Below the pieces are notes generated by a model. The model was not told the DNA's origin. It did no database searches and was given only the letters and a program-made list of their open reading frames with translations. A DNA stretch of 64,000 nt, taken from Trichinella spiralis (taxonomy: Eukaryota). Where the stretch lies: positions 430,352 to 494,351 of the forward strand of contig NW_003526948.1 in NCBI RefSeq assembly GCF_000181795.1, written 5' to 3'. Shown one piece after another: positions 26,901 to 41,800 of the stretch (position 1 is its first letter; every line of letters begins with the position of its first letter). The position numbers and the translations under genes were made by a program.

Positions 26901-29900
26901 TTCTAGCTTTATGAAAAAGTAGTACTCATAACGGAAGTGGTATTTTTCTGACGGACTAACTTTCCAACATGACAACGTAAAATAATGCAGATTAATTTGA
27001 TACTTCAACTTCACAAGCAGAGTTATTAAGCTGTATTAAAATATAAAATGGAAAATGGAAAAATGACGCTTCATCTATTTTAAACACACGTATGATGGAG
27101 TGCTGAGCGTTACATTTTAATATGCAATGTTCTATAGATATCTGATAATGGACAGGTATTTGACTGAAGTGTTTTGGTTGATTGACAGTTGTATCAGATA
27201 AGTTTAGACATCCGGCATTCAGCAAATTATATCATACGTGCATCATGATTGTCACCGTGCAGTGCATGCAATGTTTTCAAACATGATGCTAATCTGTGAT
27301 CCCACAAATGCTTTGCGATAAAGTTTATTGCCTACTGACGTGCCAATTATTTAAGCAAAATAGTTTAAAAGATATATTTATAACATGCATTTTAATTTAT
27401 TTCCATTCATTTTCCATGAAAAAGTCAGTGCAGTGCAGATCATCAAGTGCCGTACTGAATTTTATTTGTAATTCTGAAAGATTTTTTAAAGCGTATCAAA
27501 GTGATATTGCTGTAAAGTATATAAGTTTTTATCTTTTTTTAAATTTCAGTTTCCATCAAAATTAAGAACAATATGCTTTCAAATTCGTTTTGATTGCGTT
27601 TTCTTAAGAAATTTGAAAAAGTTATGCAATGATCAAGAATTTATCATCTTCTATTCTGATATGTTAGTTGAAAAATAAAGTGCCATAAAATTTATTTGTT
27701 TTCAATTCTAAAACGCCAGAAAATGTGCAAAGCTTGCGAACAAATGTGAATGCCTTGCATAAATATGAAAGGGTGTGACAGCGTAGCGATTGTATGTTTT
27801 GCAAGTCTCTAATTTAATTGTTGCCTTGCATATCATCTTCGGATGTTTCCAGTTCATTGAATATTCGCAAAACATGTGTGCTAATTTTCATTCCGCTTCC
27901 ATAGTTTCACAAAGGGAATGCCTTCCATAAAATCCAAGTCATTATCTTTTCCCTAACTGGAATACTCTTTTAAAACATTGACAAACCTAGTTAGAAATTA
28001 TTCACAGTGAAGCTAAAGTTGATATGAAAAAAACGTGGGTAAAAATGATTATATGATTATCATTAGATGAAAAATAAAACAAAATGGAGTTTTGTTTTGA
28101 TTTGTTCTGCAATCATCATATTGCTTTTTAGGTATCAGTCGAGAAATTCAACATTTGGTTATTAGTATATAAATGAAACAAAATTATGAAATTGCTTGCT
28201 CATTATTCCTTTGAAAGCTCAAAGCCACATGCTTTAGCACAACATGGGACATAAAATCTTTATGATTAATTAAACGTCTCCTGTGTAAAAGCACTTTTGA
28301 TCTTCATGCTATAATTTCACAAACACCCCCTCAATTCATCTTTCCATTGCATTATTTGTTTCCTTTAATAGAAAAAAATTAATAACAAATTTATATACAA
28401 TGAAATTTTTCTGTTGATTTATATTTCCTCAGTTTAACAAAATAAGTGAAAAATGTCGAATTATGTAGCAAATTGTTTTTAGAAGAGTTTGAAAAAATGA
28501 CACTGATGTATGCCAAACATGAAAAAATTCCCATGAAAGACTTTGGTTCCGAGGTGCGGGCTACAATGGACATTGATCATTTGCTAAACAAAGCGGTATT
28601 ATTATTGGATTTACCGGAAACAAGCCTTGAAGAAATATTCAACAAGTAAGCATTGCATGTCTCTTTGGCAACAGTTGTAACTTTTCAGAATTTCAATGAT
28701 TCATTGAATGACGATTTCTTCTTACATCTAAGAAATTTTGCTTCCTTGATACATCATGTTTACTTGGCTACTAACATTCCTTCTTAACTAACCAACGTAA
28801 AATGTTTATTTCAAAAGTATGAACAATTTATTTTCAAAACGCGCAGTTCTTTAATGTTTTTGGGTTATAATGCTGCTCACAAATTTATTCATGTCCAAGA
28901 TGAAAATGTAGTTTCAAGAACTGATTCATTTGAAAACGAAAGGAAACAAGAAAAAAAACAAATTTCATATTATTTTGAAAGGATTATTTGCAGAGGAGTT
29001 TCATTACTTTTTTTTAAAAAGAAAAGAAAAAAATTATCAATTTCTAACACTAAGCAAAGAAGCATTTTTGAAAAATGTTGCCCATTGCATATTGTCTGAA
29101 ATTTCATTGTGAATACCAATTTTTGAAATAGAGACAAAATAAGATGCAATTCATTTTCAAATAGCCATTCGACGAATTGCGTTATTAAAAATCTACTTTT
29201 ACATAATTATTATGTGTTTATTTCTAAAGCAAATTGATTGCAAAGCTTTTCTAGTGCAGCTAATCACAGATTTACTTGTCAGAACATTAATTTGATAAAA
29301 ACAAGCAACGCTGTAGCGTTCCTTTTGTGCTTCATTATAATATTAAAATGCAATTCAAACGGTTCATAAAAGTTGGAAGTAGCAATCAAATTACAAAGAA
29401 GAAGATAGAAAATGTCGCTTTTCTTGTCTTGATTTTCAACACATTGAACAAAATGATTCTTTACTTGTATGAATATTAAAAAATCAATAATAAATATATG
29501 AAGCCATATTGAAGAGTGAATTGCCTGCGGTTAGCATAATGGCAAGTTTCTTTTTATCCTATCATGAAATTGAAAAATGAAGTTAGTAATTCAGGGACAA
29601 TCGAATACGAATGCACTGCCTGAATGCTAAAGCAGTCAGTCGGTGGTCATGAAAAAAGTTTAAACTAATCATTTCTTATGGCGGCGTTATGTAATTAAGG
29701 GTTTCTTTGAAAAAAAAGAAAGATAATATGATAAATCTTATCCTCCAATTGTAATACTTTCTGAATGAACAGTTGTAATTGAGACAACTTTGTTCTGAAG
29801 TATGCAAATATTTGTCTTTAGTAAACGTCAGCGACTGCCATTGAATCTATGTACGCCGCTATTTAAGCAACTTCACGGTTGTTGAACTGAAAAAATTTTT

Positions 29901-32900
29901 CATCTCCACAAATTGTTGAAGTCTCAAATTTAAATTTTAAAAATCCAAATGTTTAAAAATAATATTGTTGTAGCTTGTTGTTTTAAAATTTTACTAAAAA
30001 CTATTCCAATTCAATTTTATCTTTTTCTGTCTTGCACTTTCATATGCAAATTTTCTTTTCTGATAAATTTTGCACTTACAGCATGCAATCATGCAAATAT
30101 TCACGCTACAACGCCAGTATAAATTTGCTTTTCTTGCTATTTCACCGCAACAACCTTGGAAGAAATTGTCCTCAGTGTTTTCAATCAGTACATCATAGAA
30201 CACATCTTCTTAAGTTAATGTGCTATTGTTTTTTTTGACGAATTTTTTTTTGATTGACACAATGCTTCTAAAAGAATCCATTGTGCAGTGTTACAAGAAA
30301 AGAACGACAGCTTTGAAATTCAATTTCACTTGACAATCTCCATCTGACCATGCATGAAAGCACCGTGGATGTAAGCAATGAAATTTAAAAATTTTTGTTT
30401 TCCTCAGTTGTTCCGCTGTTTTTAATATATTGAATTAATTTAATGAGTTGGAGTAAAGTACACTCTTAAGTTATTTTTTCTATGTTTTATTCTTTGAGAA
30501 ATATGCCCGTCAGTCTAGTAAGCACTGACAACGGATGACAATGCTGAAATATATTTTCTGTGAATATTTCCAACTTGTAAAATACCTTGTAAAGCTGTAT
30601 GAAACAGGAAAAAATTTTCACATTTGACGGCTATGTTCATTTGCATGTTTCACGATCAAATGCCAGAATTATCTCTCAATTTCCAAACAATCTAATGCAA
30701 ATTATCTGATCAAATACCAAATGTCAATCGTGCCTGGCCACTTAATAGTAGTCCAAGTAGAAAGATCAAAAAATAGCAAAGAATCATCTCTGTTTGACAA
30801 TGCACGCTTTTTACTAGTTAAAAATTAGTTCTCTGTTTATTGATTTTCCTTTTATGCTTGAACACTTACTCCATCTAGCTTAGCTGAATAGGCAGTTGAT
30901 TGTCAAGCACATTACTTTTTTTATTTATAAACAGTAAAATTTATCATATAATTTTGCTATTTTTTGCTTACTTCAATGGACTTTACATTCTGTTATATTA
31001 TCCATAACAAACAGGCATTAATTTACTCGCTATACTATTACACTTCTATTATTTATATTTTAAATGCTGGCTGACTTCAAATACATTACTGTTATAATTG
31101 TTGAAAATAGTAAAATAATGAAAAAACGCTGTATGGACACTACCTCTAAATTCTAGAAAATTGTCTAAATTTAATTTTCTATTTCCGAGTTTGTCTCAAT
31201 TTTTAATTTTATAATTAATACAATTTAAGGTCAGATATTTCAAAATGCATGCATTAACAAAATATTTTTTTGTTTTTTATTTATTCTAATTATAATACTT
31301 CAGATATCACGATGCAAGCGCAGGCAGATTTAATTATTAAAAGGAATGCTTTCGTAAAGCATTTATTATTTTATCTTTTCATATAGTTCCTTAACTGAAA
31401 AAGGAATGCATCTTTCTTAATTTTATTTTTTATACTGTTTAGTGTAATTCGCAACTTCTTTTCTGTTAAATTCAACACGCTAAATCAATTTCATCAAATG
31501 CAAGAAAATGTATAGGCAAACTTCAAAAACTGCTTAACCTGATAATATATTAATTAACAAAGCACGCAATATTATATCTTAGATGGTGCCTGAAGTAGAG
31601 GCATTATTTCGAAAGTACGTATTGAATGGACATTACTTATTAATAACATATGTTTAATTAGCTTATTTAACACGGAATTTCTGTTTTGCCACAATGTTTC
31701 TGATAAGCTCTATGCAAACACTGAATTGCTTTTTAAATGAACGCAAATGCAATTATTTACTTGTAAAAAACGTTTATTATTTGTCGAGATTCTGAATATT
31801 AAGCAAAATCTGCAATGCAGTCATCTGTCTACTTGATACAACTGCTGCAGCAGCTGAAATAGTACAGTTAGTTACTTGCATTATATTTATTTTGCTTGAT
31901 GCTTATTGCTTTAGTTATTATTAATCATCTTTGCAGTTAAAAGATTCTAAATTGCAATAATAACAAACATTGGTTTCATGGAATTGATTGCAATAGACTT
32001 AAAAGTACTTTTACAATGCATGTGCTCATGTTACGCGTTGCTTTATTTAAAATAAAATTATTTAAATTAAAATTTCAAAATATGTCAAAAAATTTTGTCT
32101 TCTGCTTTTCGCTTCTTCCTCATCATTTCTGAAAGCCTGACAAACAAACAGGACCATGCAGTCACTTTTTGCATCATTTTCAATGCATTCTGATAAAATT
32201 TTGACTTATGATTGAAGACTGCAAATCATCTTCAACAGCCTAATGAGCTGACTTTTCAAAGTGCCATTGACAATAGTCTTTTTTGAAATCGATCAGCTCC
32301 ATGCTCGTGTTAGGTCCCCAGTTTCCTTTTCTTATTTAACCATGCTTCAACTCCGCTATTCCATTGGGACTTCACTGTCAGATATGAAATTTCATTTCTC
32401 ATTTAGACACTTATTATCTATGGTGGCGTTAGTGAAACATTTAATGCTTCAGGGAGGTGGGAGAGTGTTATGTGTTTAAGCCATTGTTTGATGGAACTAT
32501 CACTAAAACTTCAAGAAACACAAGCACTCCTACTCAAAATTCAGCAATGATAAAAACAGTCGTACATCAAAAAGGTTTTAGTGTTGTTTCGTGTTTCCTT
32601 CAGTCTATGACATTTTATTTATTAAAAATTACAAGAAATCCACATGACTAAATTTTTAAACGCCATCATCATTTTAAACGTCATTTCATCACCAAAAATT
32701 TATAAAAAAGAAACCAATGTAATTTTGTTTCTGAAAAAGTATCTTTGTAATAAACAGCTGCTAGAATGACAACTACCAAGTAGTTTATTAAGAAACTATT
32801 GAACGAGGATAATCGCTGAGGAAATAAATATTTGACCGATTCAACCAACAACCGTTTCAAGATTTCTTAAAAGCTGCGGCTTTGGTCAGCTTGCAAATGA

Positions 32901-35900
32901 TAATCATTGCCAATTTAACTAGCACTATGTTCAACCTATTCGAGGAAGTATTTTACACGTTACGCTATTAAATTCATTGCTGAACAGCTGTGCTTTGAAC
33001 GACAGCACATTAGAGACAAAAATATCTGCAAAATTCATTCGAAGGAAAATAAAAGCTCTGCAACTTTTGCGCAGTTTGTAAGAGATATTTTTTTATCAAA
33101 GCATTCATTTAGCAATAGATATTATGTTAACGGCAGATTACAAATTTAACATGTTAAATTATAAGCTCACTTTTTTATTTCTGATTTCAACTTTTTACCT
33201 GAAAGCACAATTATGAAGGCAGATATCTTACTCGTTTGTTCAGACAAATTCATCATGTTTCTCTGAAGCAAGTTGCTAATCGAAACGCTAATAGTATTGA
33301 TGAAATTTTTATACCTTTCTTAAATTAATTAATGGTTGGTGTTATTCTATTTTTATATCTCTCTTAATCCAATCGTTGCTTTCTAAATTTGTTTTATTAA
33401 AACAAAAATAAAACTGAGCAGTATTTACTACAAAACATTTAGTCCAAGCTGCAAAAATATGAGCTCAAGAATAATACTTATGAATAGCAATTTCAAATAA
33501 TTGAAATTGCAAATTATATAAATATGAGGAAAGTTTTTACAAATGAATGCACAATCATGATTGATTGTACTCTAATGAGCGTTTGACATTATTTTTGAAA
33601 AGATGAATGAAAATTCATCTAAAGTTTTTGAGAATGCTGCACAATGAAAACAGTACAAAATAACAGTACTCAGCTGTGTGTTTACAACATTATTTATTCA
33701 TATATTTTTCTAATATTTTTTTAGAATCATACATGAAATGGATATTCAGGAACCTGAATTTACTTCAGAGCAAGTGAAAAATGCACTGTTTACTCAAGAC
33801 GCTGCAAGTCAATGTAAATTTTTTTCATTACTTCAGAAATGTTCACTTATAAGCGCCTTGTAGTTGATCTTGATTGTGTAATCTGCTTTCTCGATGAACT
33901 CATAATATTGCTACTAACTGCTTATATTTATTCATGCTTACATGAGCTATAATAAATGTGCCTTCCTGAATTTTAATGCAAATACTATTCTGTAAACAAA
34001 AGTTTTATATCTGTACATGTATGATTTAAATTTAATGGTAATTAGTTACCGAATAAATTATTGTCTATTCTATTGCATTCGGATGTGATGCATTACCTTT
34101 TGCGCTTTTTGTCTTGAATTATATTTAAATATTTTAATAATGTGGTTTTATTGTTTTGCATATGTTATATAAAGTATAACATTGACATTCATTTCAGTTC
34201 ATATTCTCACTCGAACTGTTCAAAGCATTTGCACAACAAATATAGCCGGATCATTTGATTTCGACCAAACGTGGATCTGCGCTATGTGAGTTCACATTCT
34301 TATTTTGTAACAGCAGTCCTAATTGATAAAATTAATAATTTATAATAAAAACTTAAATTACGTTGTTTTCATTTCTTTGCTCAGCTAGCTCACAGATTTA
34401 TACGAATTTTTATGCGTTATATTTTCTAATCTGACAATAACATCAGTTTTAAAATCGCTTATGTATTACTTTAACACGTGTAGTGTTTAATAAAATGCAT
34501 AATATTTATGATATTTGTTTGAAATGTTTAATTAATTAATTAATTTTATATTACCGTTCTTATAAAATCTCTGCTTATTGCAACTTGGAATTTCTATCAA
34601 AAGGCTTTTATATTTTTCATGTCGCTCATGTTACATTTTTAATGTAAAATCAGCCCCTTCAAGCATTAAATGGATTGATTTAATCTTTAATTTTGATAAT
34701 TGCATTGTTGAAACTTTTTAATGGAAGTTATGATAAAAAAATAATCATAAATATGAACTGACGTTATTCTTATTTTGTAATTTCAGTTGTATGCTACCAA
34801 CCGTGCAACATAGGCATGTGGCCATAACTCGATTAATCCATCCAACGAACTTGGGACGAACTATGCAAGATTTGCGTTTTATAATAATTGTCATTGCTCC
34901 TTCGCGGGCGGTAAGAATTATTATAGAAATTCTGAAAAAATGCAATGTTTAAATTGCTTCCAAATTTTAAGAAGGGTACCAAAACTGCGCTAGAGACAGC
35001 CAGAACGTTTGCTACATTGTTTGCTGATTTGGACATCCGTCAGCGGTTAGTAATGGCCCAGGGGGAAGAGCAGTTTCGACAAACAATGCTTATGGCAGCT
35101 AAAGAACTGGCTGTTGAGCAGAATCAATATCGTGATCGTAATTTATCATTACATTTATCAGATGCAAAAGAAAAACTAGTTAGTTATTTTACAAAATTTT
35201 GTTTTGTTACCTTAAAGTAACATATTACAGATTGGGCCCAACCGATGGTATTTTGGTCGGGGTTTGAAAGAAAATTTTTGCCGACGCCTACCCCTCTACC
35301 TCTCTGATTACGTTGATGGTAGTGCTATTTGCTAAATTATGTCTTTATATGTAATCCATTGTTTAAGGTATACGTGGTCCAAAGACGGTACAGAAATTGT
35401 TGAGCACAGTAGTGTTTTTGTATTTTGCCTGTCTGCTTCCATCCATTGCATTTGGAGTTCTCAATCACGACAATACCCATGGAGCAATGGGTTAGAAATG
35501 CCTTGTACACGCTTTCTCTGATTGTCAAATGAGTCATTTCAGGGGTCAAGCAGTCCATCTTTGCCCAGGCACTTGGTGGATTGTTTTTTTCACTGTTTGG
35601 CGGGCAACCAATAATTATTCTTTTGACAACCGTTCCGTTATCGATTTACATTAAAAGTAGAATCCAGCAGTAATATTTTCTTCGTTATCTTATTATTTAT
35701 TTTAGTTATCTATCAAATTTCTAAAGAATTCGATCTTGAATTTTTTGCCTTGTATGCATGTGTGGGCTTGTGGTGTCAACTGTTTCTTGTCATTTATGCT
35801 CATATGGAGCTGTCGAACGTAATGAAATGGGCAACGAGGTAAGCACTGTTTGAAAATTTGTATAGAAACATATTCGCATATGCAAATTTCAGCTCACAAA

Positions 35901-38047
35901 TAAGCCAGTCATCTGCATATGAATATAATAATATAGCTGATTTTTTTAATTTAAAATTGAAAGCTGATAGGACATGCAGAAACAGGAATTTATTTACTTT
36001 GCTACAAAATCATATCTTAATAATTTTTGAGGCTGGTATAAACTTAATTGAGACTGTATACGTTATCCATAAGACAATTTTCATTTTCAGATCGACGGAA
36101 GAAATTTTTTCTTTATTTATTGCTGTCGCGTTTGTAGTTGAAGCATTCAAAGCGCTGTCAAATAGTAAGGATTTTTGACAAATGTGCTAAATATCGATGT
36201 GTACATCAACTTATTTCTAGATTTTAAATCATTTTATCATGCCACAGCATGTCAAATGAACAATGCAACTGCCTCTTTAAATTTTTCATCCGTAAAATCA
36301 CCACAAACAGTCTATGTCAAAGAATGTCATCGTGAAACAAGCATTCTTTATCTTTTGTTGATGTTTGGTACCTTGTGGTTGGGTTTGTTCATTTACAATT
36401 TTAGAAAAACGTGGGCTACGTTATTTATTTAAAAATTAATTTATTAAAATAATTTTATATTCAGGCCCTACTTAACAAGAGCAAAACGAGAAATTTTAGC
36501 TGACTATGCATTGCCCATGGCAGTTATTGTAATGTCTTTTACTGGTGCATACTGTTTTCGCGAAGTAAAAAGTAAGCTATCACTTTTTTGGTTTACTTGT
36601 AAAATATAAATGGGGCTATCTTTCAAAAATATAATTCGAATAGAAATTCTTGTCTAAATGAATACTATTTCTTTCAGTTTTTAGCTTATTTGCAAGAAAA
36701 TTTTGTGTATTGAAAATGTTTGAATGTTTTTGAATTATTATTACATTGAATGATTTCTTTGATTAAAAGAACATTTTTTAGTCGAAAGATTTCACTTCAA
36801 TCCAAGGCAGCCCATTGGAACAATAGCCGCTATCCGGCTTTTACCTGTTGGTGCCATTCTCGCTTCTATGGGTCTGGGATTTTGTTTGTCAATTTTATTT
36901 TTCTTGGATCAAAATATCACATCGGCAATTGTTAACAATCAGAAAAACAAGTATGTAACCACCAGGATAATGCTAATTTAAAATACTAAAATATCATGAA
37001 ATGTAAAAAACTTTCTGAGCCGCCAAATCTTTCATTTGATATTTGTACTTTATTAACTTAAGTCTTCTCTGTTCAGCAATGACATTCATTGGTAATTACA
37101 TTTGTTACGAATAATAAATATTACCTATGAGCCTATTTAAGATTGTATGAAACTGAGACTTAAACAGTTCCATTAAAATCAGAAGTTTGGGTTTCAAAAG
37201 TTTCTTTAGTGACATGTCATTTCAATACGTTGAAAACCATTCATTTGATCTGATTCATATGTAATTTTTCAGACTACGTAAGGGCTCTACGACACATTTA
37301 GATCTCTTGGTAGTTGCAATTTTGAACGTGTTTCTTTCGCTGTATGGTCTACCTTGGATGCATGCAGCATTACCACATTCACCACTTCACCTACGCGCTT
37401 TAGCTGACGTTGAGGAGCGTGTTTCTCAAGGCCATGTTCATGAAGTGTAAGTTTTTCATGCTATTTAAAACTTGTTTTTATAATATGAGCTTCAACAACC
37501 AAATTGTTCAGAATTACATACGTGCGTGAAACGCGTCTTGCAACTTTACTGTCACACTGCTTGATTGGAGTTTCCGCTTTACTTTTATTGCCAATGCCAC
37601 TGCAGCTTATTCCTAGATCCGTTCTTGATGGCTTGTTTCTTTACATGGCTGTAACATCATTGAATGGTAATGAAATGTTTGAACGAATACTGCTTTTGCT
37701 TACTGAACAGGTATTCCATTTTTTGCATCGGTTATCTCATTTGTTTGCATGCTGATGCCTTTAAGGCTGCTTATCCGCCAACACATTACATTCGACGTGT
37801 TCCACAACGCAAAATCCACTTGTTTACAATCTGCCAGCTCATACAGCTGATACTTCTTTGTTCTTTTGGCCTCGCTCCTTATCCATATATAGAAATGATC
37901 TTCCCTGTCATATGTTTCAGTTTCTTTCCAATTAGGCAAGTAATTTCATTCTAAGCGTTTTCCTAATATAATAAATATTTTAGGCATTTGCTAATACCTC
38001 GCCTGATTGACTTAAAATATCTGGATGCGCTAGATGGTCGTCAGTAG
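23936..38047 (+). CDS. SLC4A11-like anion/bicarbonate (borate-type) transporter, nematode abts family
   Basis: Exons 23936-24019 (tentative start), 24082-24457, 28483-28645, 33725-33813, 34198-34285, 34787-34910, 34972-35178, then many short exons to 37984-38047. Motifs [89 protein letters not shown]. Confidence 0.92.
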
Positions 38048-38889
38048 AACGATAAATGTGGAACTCACTAGCTATGCTGTGAAGTCTATTTCTCGACACC
38101 TCCAAAAACTCACCGATTTATATTTCACGTTGCACAATGACAGCTTGTGACAAACGTTATTTGAAACAAATTTGCAGTTCCTTGGTCATATTACTTTGCC
38201 CATTTAATAATGCCCTCCCTCCCCTCCCCCTCATTGCACGCTGCTCCCTAAGAAAGCAACTAAGTTGTCTCGCTTTGTATGGGTGTGCCTGAGAAGCAGT
38301 AAACTCCACATGAGTTTTCGCGTATGCAAGCTGATACATTTTTCAGGAAACGAGATGGGCTCCACATACTTTGGGTATAACCACAATTTATCATCGGGAA
38401 TTATATTGCTGTTGAAAAACACTCCCTGCTGATCAGGGTGTCTTGACGAGAAATGTTTGTCAAATTAAAAATGCAGTTGACTCTAAGAAAAATGTTATTT
38501 ATGGTAACATTGAAAGCTGAAGTGATCAAACAATGTGGTAACAAAATCTTTTCTTACTGTAATTCTGTTCTATGACTTTCTCAATACAGATAAAAAATGC
38601 TAATATTTTTTTATTTTACAAACTTTCTTATGAAAAGTGGAGCTGAAGAATAAAGGTCGTAACACTTCGAACAAGTAAATAAGGATTTTTGTTTTATATT
38701 ATCGTTTTATTTTTTTATTTGATAATATGCAAGTTTATAGACATAATAATTTCCCATAAGAATTAAAAGCAAATGCGGTTGAATTGGTCTATCATAAAGC
38801 ATCATTACTTCAAACAGGTTTGAAATGCATATTATAACAGTATATCAAAATTTATGATGCAAAGAAGAAGCAGAAACAGTTTTTTATTT

Positions 38890-41800
38890 TCAACTCGAGA
38901 GAACTGGAACGCACTCTCCATTTACATGCTGATATGGCGAGGGACACTTATCAGTCACTGAAAAATAAAACATCAACGTCTCTATCATTGAGCAGCTTGC
39001 AGATTAATTTCTTACCACAGAGACCGTTTAAGTTCATTTCTGAAGCAGAACACGCGCACAAGCCATCATGACATAACGCATTTTCTCCTGGACTTGGTCT
39101 GCAATCGTCATTGGTTTGGCAGGCAGAACCAACTACTAAAATAGCAAAAGAAAATGTGCAATCTTTTAAAGTCAACCGTGTGATTTATTTCTTTACACAT
39201 TGGAGTATCTGAAGATGTGGAAATAGGCAGTGGCTTTAAACGAAAAGTATTTGAGCAACACAAAAAGTTCCTTCGACTTCGAGATTGAACGCATGAATAG
39301 CCGCTTGGACATTTTGACCCCCAAGGAACGCAGGATAGCGGTGTTTTGGTTCTCTGGTACAGATACGGTCTTCCTCTTGGACAATCTTTATGCAAAAATA
39401 GGGTTTCTGCTGACATCTCTTAAATGTAGAAATTTTTTGAAGTATCTTACCTTGACTCTCTTGTCCTCCATTTGGGCGCACGACGCCTGCTCTGCGGCAG
39501 CAGTAGTATTGATGATTTACATCACTGTAGGTGCATTGATATCCTTCAGGACATCGAAATCCTGGAACATTCAATGGACAAATAAGGGGCTGACGTGTGG
39601 CTGCATCAATGTAAGGCACATAACCAGGTTTGCAAATGCTTCCTGGAAATGGGGCTGGACCTATTGGAAATTTAAAGTATGAAATTCTAAGCATAATTAT
39701 GCAACGTGTTGAATTTGAGAAAACAGTTTCATCAAACCGTTTTTATCGACCTACGTATAAAAGTAACGACTTACTTATCTTACTACAACAATAATAATTT
39801 CGAAGCATTTTGTTGTATTCACAGCTGTAGCCAGCTGGACAACCTGTGGTTGTACCGCCAAGTAAGCAAACTTGCGGCTTGTAGGTTACTGGGTTCATAT
39901 ATGGTTGTCTAGGAGCTGTACATGGATTCTGAACAAGCTCTGGTGTTGGATCTACATGCAATGAATATTGATACGACAACATGTTTAAAGTAAATGACCT
40001 TTGCATACATGGAGCCATTCCAGAAAGCATGCAGCACATGTATCTGTTCAAGTTTCGATGATAACTGCACACGGCATTTGATGGACATGATCCTGGTACT
40101 GTCGGTGAGCAATATCGGTGCGGTTGTATAGTGATATAGCCAGAAGGGCATCCTCAATTTTCAAATTTCGATGTATTCAGAAATATCAAAAATTTATAAA
40201 TGTCCAAATTTTCATTACCTTCTCCAGGTAAAGGAGGGACCGGTTGTGCTCCACCAAAAGCACAGCAATAAAATGAATTCGTTTCTGCGTGAAGATCACA
40301 TGAATACCCTGGAGGACAACCTGCTGTAACAGAACCTTGAGTGCATACTACCGGTGCACCTTCATATCTATATGGTTGCTTTCCAGTCGGGCAAGGATTC
40401 AAAGCTAAAAATAATGATTTATTCAAAAACGTATATTATATTATATTATATTATATTATATTATATTATATTATATTATATTATATTATACACATTATAA
40501 ACATTTATAAACCTTCTGTAGATGCAGTACAACAGTAGCTTTGCTGAAGCATATTGTTCCTTTGACAACTATAACCTGCTGGACAAACGCTGGGAAAGAC
40601 GTTCGGCACGCAGGTAACCGGTTGATTGTTTTGAATAAAAGGTGCGTAATTCATTGGACATACATCTATTAAATTTCATATTTACATATATTCTGATTCA
40701 CATGCAAATTTGTAAATAGATATAGTTACTAGGAGTTCCACAACAAAATCCAGTTGCTGACTGCAAACCACCAACATTAAAAAGTGTTGACTGACAGACG
40801 TAATTTGCAGGGCAGGTATTGGAAATTCCAGGGGTGCACTGTCGTGGTGTATTCAGAAATGGCTCCATATATGGATCACCACCTTGTGGACAGTGAACTA
40901 TAATTAATGAAAAATAATATAGAAACCTATTACACCACACGGTCAGTAAGAAAATGATCACTATCTTACTTATTGCTGAACCACAGCAAAAGCTGTTCAT
41001 CATTGTTGTGCTGTAAGAACAAAAAAATCCTGGTGGACAACTATTGTCAATGTTTGGTTGGCATTGACGGGGACTATTCGTCATGGCATCCATATATGCG
41101 TCTAGTATAGACAAATGAATAATAAATGTCAATCTGTTCATTAAAGATTGCTAATCGCTAATTAAGGATACTGACACACATTAATTTCAGTTAAATTTAA
41201 AAGTTATTTAGGGATTTCGGCAAACATTATTACTCCTTTTATTAACTTTTAGAACGTTAAAATAAACATAATGTGTGTTGTTTTTTTCAGAGCATACTAT
41301 AATTTAAAAACTTACAAGAGGTTTTAAACAATATTTAAAAAGTATAATTTACTTTGTCCACTTGGACACACGCCTGAAGGTGCACTGCTTCCACAGCAAA
41401 TAGAACGACCAAGAAGCTTAGATTGAACGCAAGAATATCCTGAGGGACAGGTATTCATTCCCATTGAACATATTGTTAATGTTTCTGAATCAACGTCACG
41501 CAATGCTATTTGACCAGCTGGGCAGTCTAAATACATTCATCACATTTAGCTAGGCGTTAAGAATTAAAAACGTTTAACTTGCCTGCTGACTGACAGTATG
41601 AAAGACACTTTTCCATTGATGGGAAATTGTTTCGATTTCCTTCACATCCAAGGTAAGTAAATGCTTCACATGTTTTGGTCATTGCGTTAAAATAATATCG
41701 TGTTAGTGTGTTTGTACCACAGTGGGCACCCGGATCTCGACCTAATGAACATATTGTTGCTAAAAGTACAACAAAATAGACTTTCATTGTTTGAAGCTTT

